Below are positions 1-11,899 of a stretch of 64,000 bases of DNA, piece by piece. The first letter of the stretch is position 1. The number at the start of each line of letters is the position of its first letter. The stretch spans positions 29,140,001-29,204,000 of the forward strand of contig NC_135893.1 of NCBI RefSeq assembly GCF_964194155.1, read 5' to 3'. Source of the DNA: Cetorhinus maximus. Lineage: Eukaryota. Position numbers and translations under genes: made by a program. The notes below the pieces were generated by a model that worked only from the letters and a program-made list of their open reading frames with translations, was not told where the DNA came from and ran no database searches.

Positions 1-318
1 GCAATTTTAGAATTTGAAATCAGGTAAAATTAACACTAAAACAGTGGATAAAAAATAACCATGAAGCTACAATCATTGGATTGTCATAAAAACCCAATTG
101 GTTCACTAATGCCCTTTAGGAAGGAAATAGTTTGTCCTCTAACTGCCCTCTGGAGTGGCCCAGCAAAGGGGTCAGTTATATCACACCATTGCAAAAAATA
201 ACAAGGATTTGTAGAGGTTCAGGATAAAGGCCCATAACCAGCTTCCCAGGACAACCAGGGACAGGCAATAAATGCCAACCTTGCCAGTGATGCCCACATC
301 CCAAGAATGAATAATTTT
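1..318 (+). mobile_element. SINE made of the 5' UTR and 3' tail of the tRNA-headed LINE family (head cut off by window edge)
   Basis: ttgtcataaaaacccaattggttcactaatgccctttagg matches the LINE 5' UTR at about 54670-54710. The tail gcaataaatgcc...gatgcccacatcccaagaatgaat matches the LINE 3' end at 12790-12840. Confidence 0.75.
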
Positions 319-689
319 AAAAACTGAATGAGTCCAATTATGACTACTGTCTGATGTTAGCTGTGACATAAAGCAGCTTATCAGCTTATCAGACCTCATC
401 ACAATGAGTGTTCATTCAGTCCATTTTTGGAGAGATTGAAGAATGAATGACATGCATGACATGATTCAGCTCCCAATGGGATGTTACTGTTACAACCCCA
501 ATGCTAGTGGATATAGGGCAGTGTGAGCCAACTCCAATAGAGATCAGACACTCTTAGCACTGATAGGAGTGACTGATGCCACTGAACTCCGGAAAGTGCC
601 CATAGGAGGCCAGATTTTGTAACGTATGAGAAAACAAGTCTAAATTTGCTTGGATAATAGTAGCGGTTCTGGCTGAGGCACACGGGGAG

Positions 690-1080
690 CTGAACAGTGT
701 TGCAGAGGTCACAGTATGCTATCGGAAGTGAGGTTGGCAGCGCAGGTCTGGGTTAAGCTGGATGCCAAGGTTTCACCTGAGTGACTGGCAGGGAGGGGGA
801 TGCAGTGAGTAGCAAGGGAGCAGAGTTTATGATCCTGTCTTCTTAATGTTCAGCTGGAGGGTACAATGACACATCCAGGATGTGAAGTTGGACAGGTCGC
901 CTGAAAGCACTGAGGTAGCGGTGGGGGAAAGGGAGGCTGATCCCATGATGGTGGATGACGGGCCAATTCAGATGAGGAAGAGGTGTAGACTATGGATAGA
1001 TATTTTAGGCAACTCTGGAGATGACTGTGTTGGGGGTCAGGGGGACATGGGGAGGGGAATGCAGTGACTGGGGTGTGAGG
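690..1080 (-). mobile_element. Old L2 LINE fragment (RT region)
   Basis: Minus strand reads LSNFTSWMCHCTLQLNIKKT, like the L2 motif LSDI.SWM..N.LQLN..KT, with a degenerate VPQGS-region segment upstream. Confidence 0.55.
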
Positions 1081-1440
1081 GAGTCCAACTCAAGTTTTGG
1101 CTGCCTGACAAGAAGAGGAACTGGGGAATGTGGAGTTAGCTACTCCTAACCTGGAAGCTGAAAGTAGGTGACAGAGGTTCCTGGAAGTGAAATAGAGTTC
1201 GTCATCCAAAGCCCCATTGGCTGACCTCAAAATGATTTGGAAAGTCATGAACCTCACACCTTGAATCCCTATTGGCTGCAGCACTGGGTGATTGGGCCAT
1301 TGCGGAAAGTGCATTAGCAATGTTTGGATAGGGAAGAGAGGAGCTAGTGACCATCAGAGTCCACAGAGCTGGACAAATCGAACAAAAGGTGCCATGGTAA
1401 TGCAGTAACTCTAGTGACCTCATATTCTTGGAATCCTTAC

Positions 1441-1567
1441 TCGAAAGATGTAACAAAATATTTTTGGATCTTTTCATTCGGAAAGGGCTTCCCATTGTCT
1501 CCTGGAAGACCTTCTATTTCCCATCCATCTCCATCATTATTCGTGAGTTCCCAGAAGGTGAATTCCT
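1441..1567 (-). CDS. F-box/FBA-domain protein (FBXO2/FBXO6/FBXO44 family), coding exon 2
   Basis: Acceptor ccatttttgacag|AG at 1568/1567 and donor GA|gtaagg at 1441/1440. Translates (E)EFTFWELTNNDGDGWEIEGLPGDNGKPFPNEKIQKYFVTSF, matching the FBA-domain start of FBXO2/6/44 (GGDxWxVExLPG...KKYFVTS). Its phase matches the preceding exon. Confidence 0.93.
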
Positions 1568-1971
1568 CTGTCAAAAATGGAAAAGATGAATTGTTACTCC
1601 AAACATCACTTGGATAATTTACCCACAACCTGTGATATTTGAAGTGTTTAAATGTGTTCCCAACGCGCTTATCTATTTCTTTTTAAGGATATGCAGTTAT
1701 CTTTCACCTGATTTCTTTCCCAACCCACCTTTCGAATTCAGCTCCTCTCCTGCATTTGTGCTGGATGTGGGTTCCAGGTCTTTGGCACCTCACTCAATGA
1801 CCGTCCTGTCAGCAAGGGTGGCGAGACTCAAGGGGCAGATAGGCTCAGGATGTGTGGCAAAGCCAAAGCTCCACTTTGACCTCAACCAACATCCACAGGT
1901 AAGCATTTCCAGCAGAGGACGTTGATAATGATCAGTGTCGGGAATCCTGCTTCATTTTGCTCATTTTTCTC

Positions 1972-2715
1972 AGCCATGGCTCAGTGAGAAGCATTCCCAC
2001 CTCTCAGTCAGAAGGCTATAGGTTTGAATTCCACTGCAGACACTTAGAGCCCATAACCTAAGCTGTCAATCTGGGAGTGCCACACTGTCAGAGGTGCCAA
2101 CTTTTAGAGGAGACGTTATACCGAGGCCCATTTTCACTCTCAGGGTTAAAGGATGGGACAACGGCTTTGGGTGGAGTGGGTGCCTCTGATGGGCTCACGA
2201 GAGGTCTGCCCCACCCTTGCCTGACATCAGCTAGTGTAGCTAAAGCTGCTGGGCTTCCTGCATGGCATGGACTTCCCCCGCCACGGGTAATCTAATGCGG
2301 GATGAGGCCCTCAAGTGGCTATAAATTGGCCACTTCAGGGCCTCAATAAGTCTGAGGCAGACGAGCAGCCCAGCGCCCTCCCCTGTAAAATTTCAGACAG
2401 GTTGGGATGGGCGAAAAGATGGTGGGAAGGCTACCCACTGGATTTTACATGCCCCCCCCCTCCCACATTCAAACCCACAGACAGGGCAGTGTAAAATCTA
2501 GCCCTCGATACCCTGACCAATATTTATCCCTCAACCAACATCATTGATTCAGATAATCTGGTCATGTATCTCACTAATGTCTTTGGGGGCTTGCTGTGCA
2601 CAATTTTGCTGCCGTGTTTTCTATGTTACACCTCAAAAGTACTTAGTTGCATGTAAAGTAATTATTGATGTTCTGAGGTCATGAAAGGTGCTATATAAAT
2701 GCAAGTTCTTTATTT
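1972..2715 (+). mobile_element. DeuSINE-type SINE (SacSINE1/AmnSINE1-like), interrupted by a MITE remnant at about 2150-2505
   Basis: tRNA-like head (tggctcagtg...ggtttgaattcc), Deu domain (cactgtcagaggtgcc...gagacgttataccgaggccc) and tail aaaggtgctatataaatgcaag. The insert ends in the TIR-like gtaaaatctagccc. Confidence 0.8.
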
Positions 2716-2779
2716 CTTTTTTTTCATCCCTGCAATAGGTGTGGGGTGCTGCTGAGGCCAACTTTAGCACGCTGAATAG

Positions 2780-3200
2780 ATTGGATAGCTTAGTATAAGT
2801 AAGGGACCAATTTGGGGGCTCATCTGACTGAGGTGATAAAATGGTCCAAGGATTCAAGAGGGTTGATGCACAGAAATGGCTTCCTCTGGTGAGGAAATCA
2901 AGAGCGAGAGGACTCAATCTTAAAATTAGAGCTAGATCATTTAAGAGGGAAACCAAGAAGCACCTATCCACACAAAGGGTCATGTAATTCTGGAATTCTC
3001 AAATGGCTGTGGTTGTTGGGACAATTGGACTTTTCAATGAAGAGATTAAAAGATTGATAGATTTTTGGTGCATAATAGATCAAAGGATCTTCAGCTACAG
3101 AGGGCAATTGGAGTTGGGATATAGAACAACCATGATCTAATTGAATAGCGGAGCAGGCTAGAGGGGCTGAATGACCTATTCCTGTTTCTAATTTTCCCAT
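2780..3200 (+). mobile_element. CR1 LINE 3' fragment
   Basis: Degenerate RT C-terminus plus CR1 3' UTR (catgatctaattgaatagcggagcaggctagaggggctgaatgacctattcctg). Confidence 0.8.
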
Positions 3201-3309
3201 GGATCCCTTTACATTTCAATGCCATGATCATTCAACGCACACACTGACTTAAAGAGAAAACAAGCATGCTTCAGTCTAACATGCATAACCATATATTTCT
3301 GGAACAAAC

Positions 3310-3559
3310 CTTCTCCACATGCGTTCCTGATTAGGTTCTTTTTCGCAGGTTTACAAAAATAAAAAGCATCCCAGTCTTCTGGCTTTATATCCTGATTTTG
3401 CTTTGGCAAACCTTCATCTTGAAGTTGTAGGTTTAGTCCATCCACAAGCTCTTTCCACTGTTGACAGACTAGTCTGCAGATCAAAACCAACTCTTTTGGA
3501 GGGACGTAGGACAGAATTTTGAGCAACACTTGTTCAGGTAAAACCTCTATGGCAGCCAT
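3310..3559 (-). CDS. F-box/FBA-domain protein (FBXO2/FBXO6/FBXO44 family), first coding exon
   Basis: MAAIEVLPEQVLLKILSYVPPKELVLICRLVCQQWKELVD is an F-box, followed by DW.AFYF...KKNLIRNACGE. Phase-1 donor G|gtttgt at 3310/3309 and acceptor ttctttgcag at 3596. An in-frame TGA two codons before the ATG supports this start and an upstream non-coding exon. The paralogue cannot be assigned by eye. Confidence 0.93.
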
Positions 3560-3714
3560 ATTTCAAAATGTCTTCCGGTCACAATTCTGTTTCAACTGCA
3601 AAGAATATTTCGAAGAGATTGATTCAGATTTTGCTAAAAGGTGGACATTGTGGCAAAAGACATCAGCAGAACTGCTTGGCTTAACATGTTTGGTTTAAAC
3701 AATAGGGGCAGAAT

Positions 3715-4140
3715 ATAGAATTACATTTGGAAAGCACAGAAACAGGTCATTTAGCTCAACAGGCCCATGTTGGTCCACTTGAGCATCCTCCTATCCTTTT
3801 TCATCCAATTCTATCAGCATATCATTCTATTCCTTTCTCTCTTATGTAAGCTTTCCTTTATGCTATTTGCTTCAACCACTCGATGTAATGTCAAGCCCCA
3901 CCTCCTCAATAATCTGGGTAAAGATATGTTCCCTGAATTCCCTATTGGATTTAATTAGTGGGGATCATCTTGTATTTATGGCTCCCAGTTTTAGTTCTGC
4001 CCACAGGTGGGAACATTTTCTCTCTGTCTACCCAGACAAAACCTTGCAAGATCTTAAAGACCTCTATCAGGTTACCCCTCAGTTTTCTCCTTCCTGGAGA
4101 AAAGAGACCCAGTTTGTGCAACTCAGGGTTTGAAATGAAA
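3715..4140 (-). mobile_element. CR1 LINE 3' fragment
   Basis: ORF 3951..4145 LGLFSPGRRKLRGNLIEVFKILQGFVWVDREKMFP...TGSH is the CR1 ORF2 C-terminus. Confidence 0.8.
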
Positions 4141-4284
4141 CTCAACTATAATTGAAGCCTAAAAGAAATGTTGGGACCAAAGAAAGGGGTAAATTTTCAA
4201 CTTGCTACCCCAAAATGGAATTGGAAGCATAAAATTATAAAGATGTATCAATGGATTAAAATGGGGCAAAATGTAACAAGTGGA

Positions 4285-7278
4285 TTTTTTTTTTTTTGAT
4301 GCATTCACGGGATGTGGGCTTCTCTGGCTGGTCCAGCATTTATTGCCCATCCCTAATTGCCCTTGAGAAGATGATGGTGAACTACCTTCTTGAACCACTG
4401 CAGTCCATGTGGTGTAGGTACACCCACAATGCTGTTAGGAAGGGAGTTCCAGGATTTTGACCCAGCGACAGTGAAGGGACAGCGATATATTTCCAAGTTA
4501 GGATGGTGAGTGTCTTGGAGGGGAACTTCCAGATGGTGGTTTTCCCATCTATCTGCTGCCCTTGTCCTTCTAGATGGTAGTGGTCGTGGGTTTGGAAGGT
4601 GCTGTCTAAGGAGCCTTGGTGAATTCCTGCAGTGCATCTTGTAGATGGTACACACTGCTGCTACTGTGCATCAGTGGTGGAGGGAGTGAATGTTTGTGGA
4701 TGTGGTGCCTATCAAGCAGACTGCTTTGACCTGGACAGTGTCCAGCTTCTTCAGTGTTGTAGGAGCTGCACTCATCCAGGCAAGTGGGGAGTATTCCATC
4801 ACACTCCAGCTTGTACCTTGTCGATGGTGGACAGGCTTTGGGAAGTCAGGAGGCGAGTTACTCGTCGCACGATTCCTAGCCTCTGACCTGCTCTTGTAGC
4901 TACAGTATTTATATGGCTAGTCCAGTTCAGTTTCTGGTTAATGGTAACCCCCAGGATGTTGATAGTGGGAGATTCAGTGACAGTAATGCCATTGAACATC
5001 AAGGGGCGATGGTTGGATTCTGTCTTATTGGCGATGGTCATTGCCTGGCACTTGTGTGGCGCAAATGTTACTTGCCACTTGTCAGCCCAAGCCTGGATAT
5101 TATCCAGGTCTTGCTGCATTTGGCCGAGGACTGCTTCAGTATCTGAGGAGTCGTGAATGGTGCTGAACATTGCAATCATCAGCGAACATCCCCACTTCTG
5201 ACCTTATGATGGAAGGAAGGTCATTGAAGAAGCAGCTGAAGATGGCTGGGCCAAGGACACTACCCTGAGGAACTCCTGCAGGAATGCCCTGGAGCTGAGA
5301 TGACTGACTTCCAATAACCACAACCATCTTCCTTTGTGCTAGGTATGACCCCAACCATTGGAGAGTTTTCCCCCTGATTCCCATTAACTCCAGTTTTGCT
5401 AGGGCTTCTTGATGCCACATTCGGTCAAATGCTGCCTTGATGTCAAGGGCAGTCACTCTCACCTCATCTTGGGATTTCAGCTCTTTTGTCCATATTTGAA
5501 CCAAGGCTGTAATGAAGTCAGGAGCTGAGTGGCCCTGGCGGAACCCAAACTGGGCATCAGTGAGCAGGTTATTGCCAAGCAAGTGCCACTTGATAGCCCT
5601 GTTGATGACCCCTTTCATTACTTTACTGAGGATCGAGAGCAGACTGATGGGGCGGTAATTGGCTGGGTTGGATTTGTCCTGCTTTTCGTGTACAGGATAT
5701 ACCTGGGCATTTTTCCACATAGCTGGGTAGATGCCAGTGTTGTAGCTGTACTGGAACAGCTTGGCTAGGGGTGTGGCAAGTTCTGGAGCACAAGTCTTCA
5801 GTACTATTGCCAGAATTTTGTCAGGGCCCATAGTGTTTGCAGTATCCAGTGCCTTCAGCCGTTTCTTGATATCACGTGGAGTGAATCGAATTGGCTGAAG
5901 ACTGGCATCTGTGGTGCTGGGGACCTCCGGAGGAGGCCGAGATGGATCATCCACTCGGCACTACTGACTGAAGATTGTTGTGAATACTTCAGCCTTATCT
6001 TTTGTACTGCTGTGCTGAGCTCCTCCATCATCAAGGATGGGGATATTTATGGAGCCAGTGAGTTGCTTGACTGTCCATCGCCATTCATGACTGGATGTAG
6101 CAGTACTGCAGATCTTAAATTTGATCTGTTGGTTGTGGGATTGCTTAGCTCAGTCTGTCACTTGCTGCTTATGCTGTTTGGCATGCAAGTAGTCCTGTAT
6201 TATAGCTTCACCAGGTTGAACCAGGGTTGATCCCCTGGCTTGATGGTAATGGTAGAGTGGGGGATATGCCGGGCCATGAGGTTACAGATTGTGTTCGAGT
6301 ACAATTCTGCTGCTGATGATGACCCACAGCGCCTCATGGATGCCCAGTCTTGAGTTGCTAGATATGTTCGAAATTTATCCCATTTAGCACGGTGGTAATG
6401 CCACACAACACGATGGAGGGTATCCTCATTGTGAAGGAGGGACTTCGTCTCCACAATGATTGTGCAGTGGTCATGGACAAATACATCTGTGGCAGGCAGG
6501 TTGGTGAGAATCAGGTCAAGTATGTTTTTCCCTCTCTACTTGCCGCAGACCCAGTCTAGCAGCTATGTGCTTTAGGACTTGGCCAGCTCGGTCTGTAATG
6601 GTGATATCGAGCCACCCTTGGTGATGGACATTGAAGTCCCCCACCCAGAGAACATTCTGCACCCTTGCCACCCTCAATGCTTCCTCCAAGTGGTGTTCAA
6701 CATGCAGGAGTACTGATTCATCAGCTGTGGGAGGGCAGTATGTGGTAATCAGCAGGAGGTTTCATTGCCCATGTTTGACCTGAGCCATGCGACTTCATGG
6801 GGCCCAAGTCGATGTTGAGGATTCCCACTGTGCTGCCACCTCTGATGGGCCGACAGGATATACCCAGGGATGGTGATGGTGGTGTCTGGGACATTATCCA
6901 TAATGTATGATTCCGTGAGGATGACTATGTATGTCAGGCTGTTGCTTGACTAGTCTGTGAAATAGCTCTCCCAATTTTGGCACCAGCCTCCAGATGTTAT
7001 TAAGGAGGACTTTGCAGGGTCGATAGGGCTGTGATTGCCATTGTCGTTTCCAGTGCCTAGGTCGATGCTGGGTGGTCTGTCCAGCCTCATTCCTTTTTTG
7101 TGTCTTTGTAGCAGTTTGCTAAACCATTTCAGAGTCAACCACATCACTGTGGTTCCAGATTTTTTTTTTATTGGATTCAAAATCCACCATCTGCTATGGT
7201 GGGATTCGAACCCAGGTCCTCAGAGCATTACCCTGGATTACTAATCCAGCGACAATACCACTACGCCATCGCCTCCCC
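4285..7278 (-). mobile_element. Full-length decayed non-LTR retrotransposon (CR1/L2 group, APE endonuclease + RT) with tRNA-derived 5' head, copy 1
   Basis: APE start (NIWRLVPKLGEL...IVILTESY), RT motifs (NYRPISLL, QFGFR, ALDIKAAFDR, GVPQGSVLGP, FADD) and a poly(A) tail at 4285-4298. A box TGGCGTAGTGG (7268-7258) and B box GGTTCGAATCC (7212-7202). It splits a CR1 fragment (about 4230-4284 and 7279-7440). Confidence 0.9.
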
Positions 7279-7859
7279 GATATAGCTAAGTGTGAGATGA
7301 GTCACTTTGGACAAGGGATCAATCAGAGCACTTTCCAAATGGTGAAAGGCCAGAGAAAATAGAGGTCCAAAGAAATTTGGGGGTCCTTATTTATAGATCA
7401 TTAAAACCTCATTGGTAAATAAACTAATCAAAAAGGCTCCACCAACGTTACAATACCCCTACCCATCGGATCGCCAGGGTCTGATTGCCTGGCTATGGCA
7501 TCCCCAAAGAAACTAACTTCTTTTCGAGTGCACCTGCCATTGAGGCACCTGCTCCCTGCTGATGCAGCCTCAGCACCAGCTGCTGCTACTGGTTAACTGG
7601 CTGCCACCGTCAAAATGCCAACTCAGGGTCCCACTGCCCCCCAGGCCGGGTTTGGCTCCCGTTTTTACCCCCAGCCTCAGGACTCCCAGCTCCTCGGAAA
7701 CATTCAGCCGTACTGCAACATTACACTACAATTAATTATATTAATCTGTCTCACAATATGATGAAAGTGTATGTTTCCTGACCCAAAGCTCCCAGTGGGG
7801 AGCCACACTTGAAGGGATCAAAGGGCCTTAATCAGGCCAATTAGTGAATTTACCATGTC

Positions 7860-8100
7860 GTTTTTTCTTTAGGTTATTTTGTTCTGGGGAAGTGGGCATC
7901 ACTGGTGAGACTGGCATTACTGCCCATTCTTAGGAGCCTTGAGAAGATGGTGGTGAGCCTTCTCCTTGATGCATAGTCTGCGATGTTAGGAATGAAATTC
8001 CGGGATATTTACCTAGCAACAATACAGAATAGTGAGCGCGAAGGAATGATGATATTTATCTAAGTCAGGATGATGGGTGACTTGGGGATTCACCTGGATA
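7860..8100 (-). mobile_element. Old 3' fragment of the tRNA-headed LINE family
   Basis: Similar to 4310-4530 (cttgagaagatggtggtgagc, aagtcaggatgatgggtgacttgg). Confidence 0.65.
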
Positions 8101-8212
8101 AATTCTCTAATTGACCTGACAACAATGTAATCTGATACTGAGCTGTGAATCCTCCGGGTGCAGCTCCCTGTGGGAGTTTAGGATTAGGAAACGTATCCTC
8201 TAATCACACTAA

Positions 8213-9246
8213 TGGTCCAGATCTTCTGAACTCCAGATAGTCAGAGACCGGGTATACCTCGGAAGATATGCCACGGGATTCCTCGGAAGTCCCAAAGCAC
8301 TGACTCCTGGGAATTTCCTGGGAAGTTTGAACTTCTGAAGGGCAAATCCCCTGTTCTGTGGGACCCTCTGAGGAAGTCTCCAACCCTGAGTTAGCACCGG
8401 GTTTTTGAATGGTTCCGACTTACTTATCTGAATAGTTACCTAGGAAAAGTTAGACAAAAATCCTAGTCTAATTCCTGGGTAACTATACAACTGACTCCTC
8501 CTAATCACTCACACTGACACCCCGACTCCAACCTCAACCCCCTGACTAATGCCCCTGATCCCCCCCAACTCCCCATGACCCAACCTGATTAGCTTCCACC
8601 ACCCAACTACCCCCAACATTTCGACTAACCCCTTGACCACCTGTCTCCACCCCCCCGAACTCCGACTCACCCATGACTCGGTCTGACTAGCCTCCACCAC
8701 CTGACTTCCCCCCCCAACCCCCCCCGACTCCTCCTGGCCCAACCTGAATAGCCCCCAATCTGACAACCCCTCCCAACACAACCATCCCCAAGCCACCTAC
8801 TCAGTCATCTACTGCCACTCTACCCACCTCACCCACCACCCTACCCACCTGCCATCCTGCCCACCTGTCACCCTACCCACCTGTTACCCTACCACTTGCC
8901 ACCCTGCCATCCAACCCACCTGCCACCATACCACTTCACCCACCCTGTCACCCTACCCACCTGCCACCCTTCTTACCTTCTTTCTGTAGCTTTTTAAAAG
9001 AAGCTTTGGGACAGTTGAACTCTTTACTTACCAGAATATGGGAGCTGGTGCTGTAAAAAGGGGCGGTGGCTCGTCTTCCTCGGCGATCCGGTGCCAAGAA
9101 GAAGCAGCTCCATTTTAGGTACGCTCCGCATTTCTGGAGAAGCCAGAATCAAAAGTCCCAGCCAGAAATACAGAGCTCTGGCCTGGCACAGAAAAGTAGG
9201 AGCAATTGGCAATCTGACAGGGCCGCTCTACAGAAGATTCAGGCCA
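8213..9246. mobile_element. PIF/Harbinger-type MITE with internal C-rich tandem repeats
   Basis: Imperfect TIRs tggtccagatcttctg / cagaagattcaggcca, TAA TSD (8210-8212, 9247-9249), and repeated ccaccctacccacctg units at about 8820-8970. Confidence 0.7.
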
Positions 9247-11899
9247 TAATGATGCAGATCATCGTAACACGTCACAGGGTAATATTGTAGTGAACTATTA
9301 TATTGGAGCACAACATAATGTAATAGGACCAAATATGAGGAGGTGCTGGATGGATTGACTCTGTGTGTCATTGCTGCTTGCTCCCGTTGTTGAAGGTGAT
9401 GTCGTTCCCATGATATTGTTCTTTTTGCCCTTACTTTATATTATATTAATACATTTTAATAGATTACCATACAATTTTTACAGTACCAAACTTATTTCAT
9501 ATGATAATGCATTATGTATAGTTTGATATGACATGATACCACACTGTATTGCGCACTCTGTTTCCTAAATTGATACTTGAACCTTCATCAAATGTAATTC
9601 TTTAAAAACTGGTCTTGCTTGCCATCGAATTTACAGCACAAAAACAGGCGATCGAGTCCGACTCCGTGCTGCTGATTATGCTCCACGTGAGCCTCCTCCC
9701 ACCCTACTTCCTCTCACCCCATCACCATGTCTGTCTAAGTCTAGTGTAAAGTGACCCTGCATTTGCAGTGAGAAAATGGTAAGAGTATAAAAAGCGCTAT
9801 CCTCAGGGTATCATAGTTTCAACATTTAAGCTGGGGTTGTTAAAAGGCCAGGCCCGTAGAGGCATCTGAGATGCTATACCACTGGCAGGGCTCCAGTCCA
9901 ATCTGCATTGCAGTGTTTAACACAGTCCAATTCATAAATCCATGGCATGACTTACATCAGTTCACTGCTATCTTTTCTATTTCTGGAGGCACTGTCTGTA
10001 GAAAACCTTCAGCCTTTTATTTCAAACTGGAAAGCATAAAGCAACAAAATAAACGCTTAATTGTACCTCATCTCAAATCCGGCAAAAACTTATTTTTTGA
10101 GCCAATTCTGTCACTTCCTCACCTCTGTAAGTAAAACCCAAGCTCACCATCACTAAATCGCCACATCTTTACTCCTCCCCTCTCATATTCTTTTCAATCT
10201 CCGTGGTGTCCTGCACTACAACACTCAGCTCATCAGCTCACCTTCCCAATTTAAAGAAGATAAATTGCCCTTGCTTTTAATTACATCGCCATGTTGTTGA
10301 TCATGTCATCTCTTGTATTCTGCTACTTACGGCCTCTTGTTGTGGAGACTCACTCTTGTCCTCTGAGCCAGCTGAACCCTCAGTCTGTGCAACGATCACA
10401 CTCAACAGCACTGAGCTGCACATGCACTGTGAAACATCAATAACCTGGAGCTCAGCATAGTCAGCAACCTTAATACATGGAAAGCAAATTAAAGACCAGC
10501 AGTGTATGAGCTGCCCAGTGTGGTAATGGAATTGGAGTTCAGTCTATTTTAATGCCTGTTGTTCATCCTTTGCACCTATTTTTAGAGGCTTTATTGCTGG
10601 AACAACACTGCACAACCGTAACACGTAATTTCATTACTTTAACCCACTGAAAGTGAAATGTACACTAATCTGTCATTTCTAGGCATTGTACTTTTAGAGA
10701 TTATTTATTCCATTTCTTTCTTGCAAAGGTTTTATTGACTTTTGTATTGAGAATTCAGATTGTTTGTTCTCTTGGGGTTTTTTTTGGTTTGGTTTTGTGT
10801 GATTCTCGCACTTGTGAAGTTGGGATGGTGGGTGGGGGGAGGCTGGAAATGGGGCAATTCCTATTTTAGATACCCCAGGGGGAATCTTCTGACTGGTGCA
10901 ACTGGCTTTGGTTACAGTCTTCCAGCAGCGATGGCTACAAAGGCACCTGCAATAGGGCCACCAGGGACGCTGTAAAAGGGAGGGAAAGGAAGGAGGGGTT
11001 AAAAAGAAGAGAAAAGGAGCAAGTAGATTGTGATGCTCACGCTGTACTGATAGTGACTTTAATTTCACAGCCATGCATATGGGGCTGTGATTTTCCCACT
11101 GACTCCTATCATGAAGTTGAAAGCACGGGGCCATGCGGACTATAACCGTAGAGCTAGCGTGAAGCAAAACCATGCTTGTTGCCACAATTACACCGTCAAT
11201 AGTGCCTGAATCTGAAGTCAGGACTCAGCCTAACACTGGTAAAAAACTGAGTGAGGCTTCCCTCAGGGCATTAACCCCCCTCCCGCCGATTCACTCTCCA
11301 CTCGTTCAGCTTCACATCAATGACAAACCGAGAGAATAGAATCCTAGAATGGTTACAAAACAGAAGGAGGCCATTCAGCCCATTGTTTGTTTATGTCAGT
11401 TCTGTGCGAGAGGAATTCATCTAGTCCCACTCCCTCGCCTTCCAACCCCCTGTCCATAGCCCTGCAAATTTTTCCCCTTTGGATAAAACCTGGATCCACC
11501 TCTTGTGTTTGTGATAATCTTCTGGGATGGGGATATTGTGATGCACAAGGCATTATTGTTGTGTGGGACAGGCTTGATGGAACTGTGGGTCTTTTCCTGC
11601 TCCTCATTGTTTGTAATACATTGTGGTGCAGTTGAGGATCACCACCTGGCCTGTTTTGCACCAGACAATGTACTTTGGGTGGTTTGGGACATCGAGAGAA
11701 CTCTTCACTATTCTCCCTTGGTAGCCATGGGCTGTTTAAGACTCATCTCAGTTTAATGTCTCACTCTAAGTGTTGGGAGTCATAAGTTATAAAAACTTGC
11801 AAATACTGGAGACAGAGGATTAATTTACATTATCCTCTTTGAGAGAAAATGCCCTGAATGAGCTATCTGCTACTGAGCCATCCAATGGGATTCCAATGT

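Noticed and set aside
330-1430. Search for the remaining FBA exons (C.KSQ.IDL, HGG.DTQ.W.GWYG)
   Set aside because: Not found by eye; they probably lie beyond the left edge of the window.
7200-7278. Possible real tRNA-Thr gene
   Set aside because: No proper acceptor stem, an expanded variable region, and it forms the 5' end of a retroelement.
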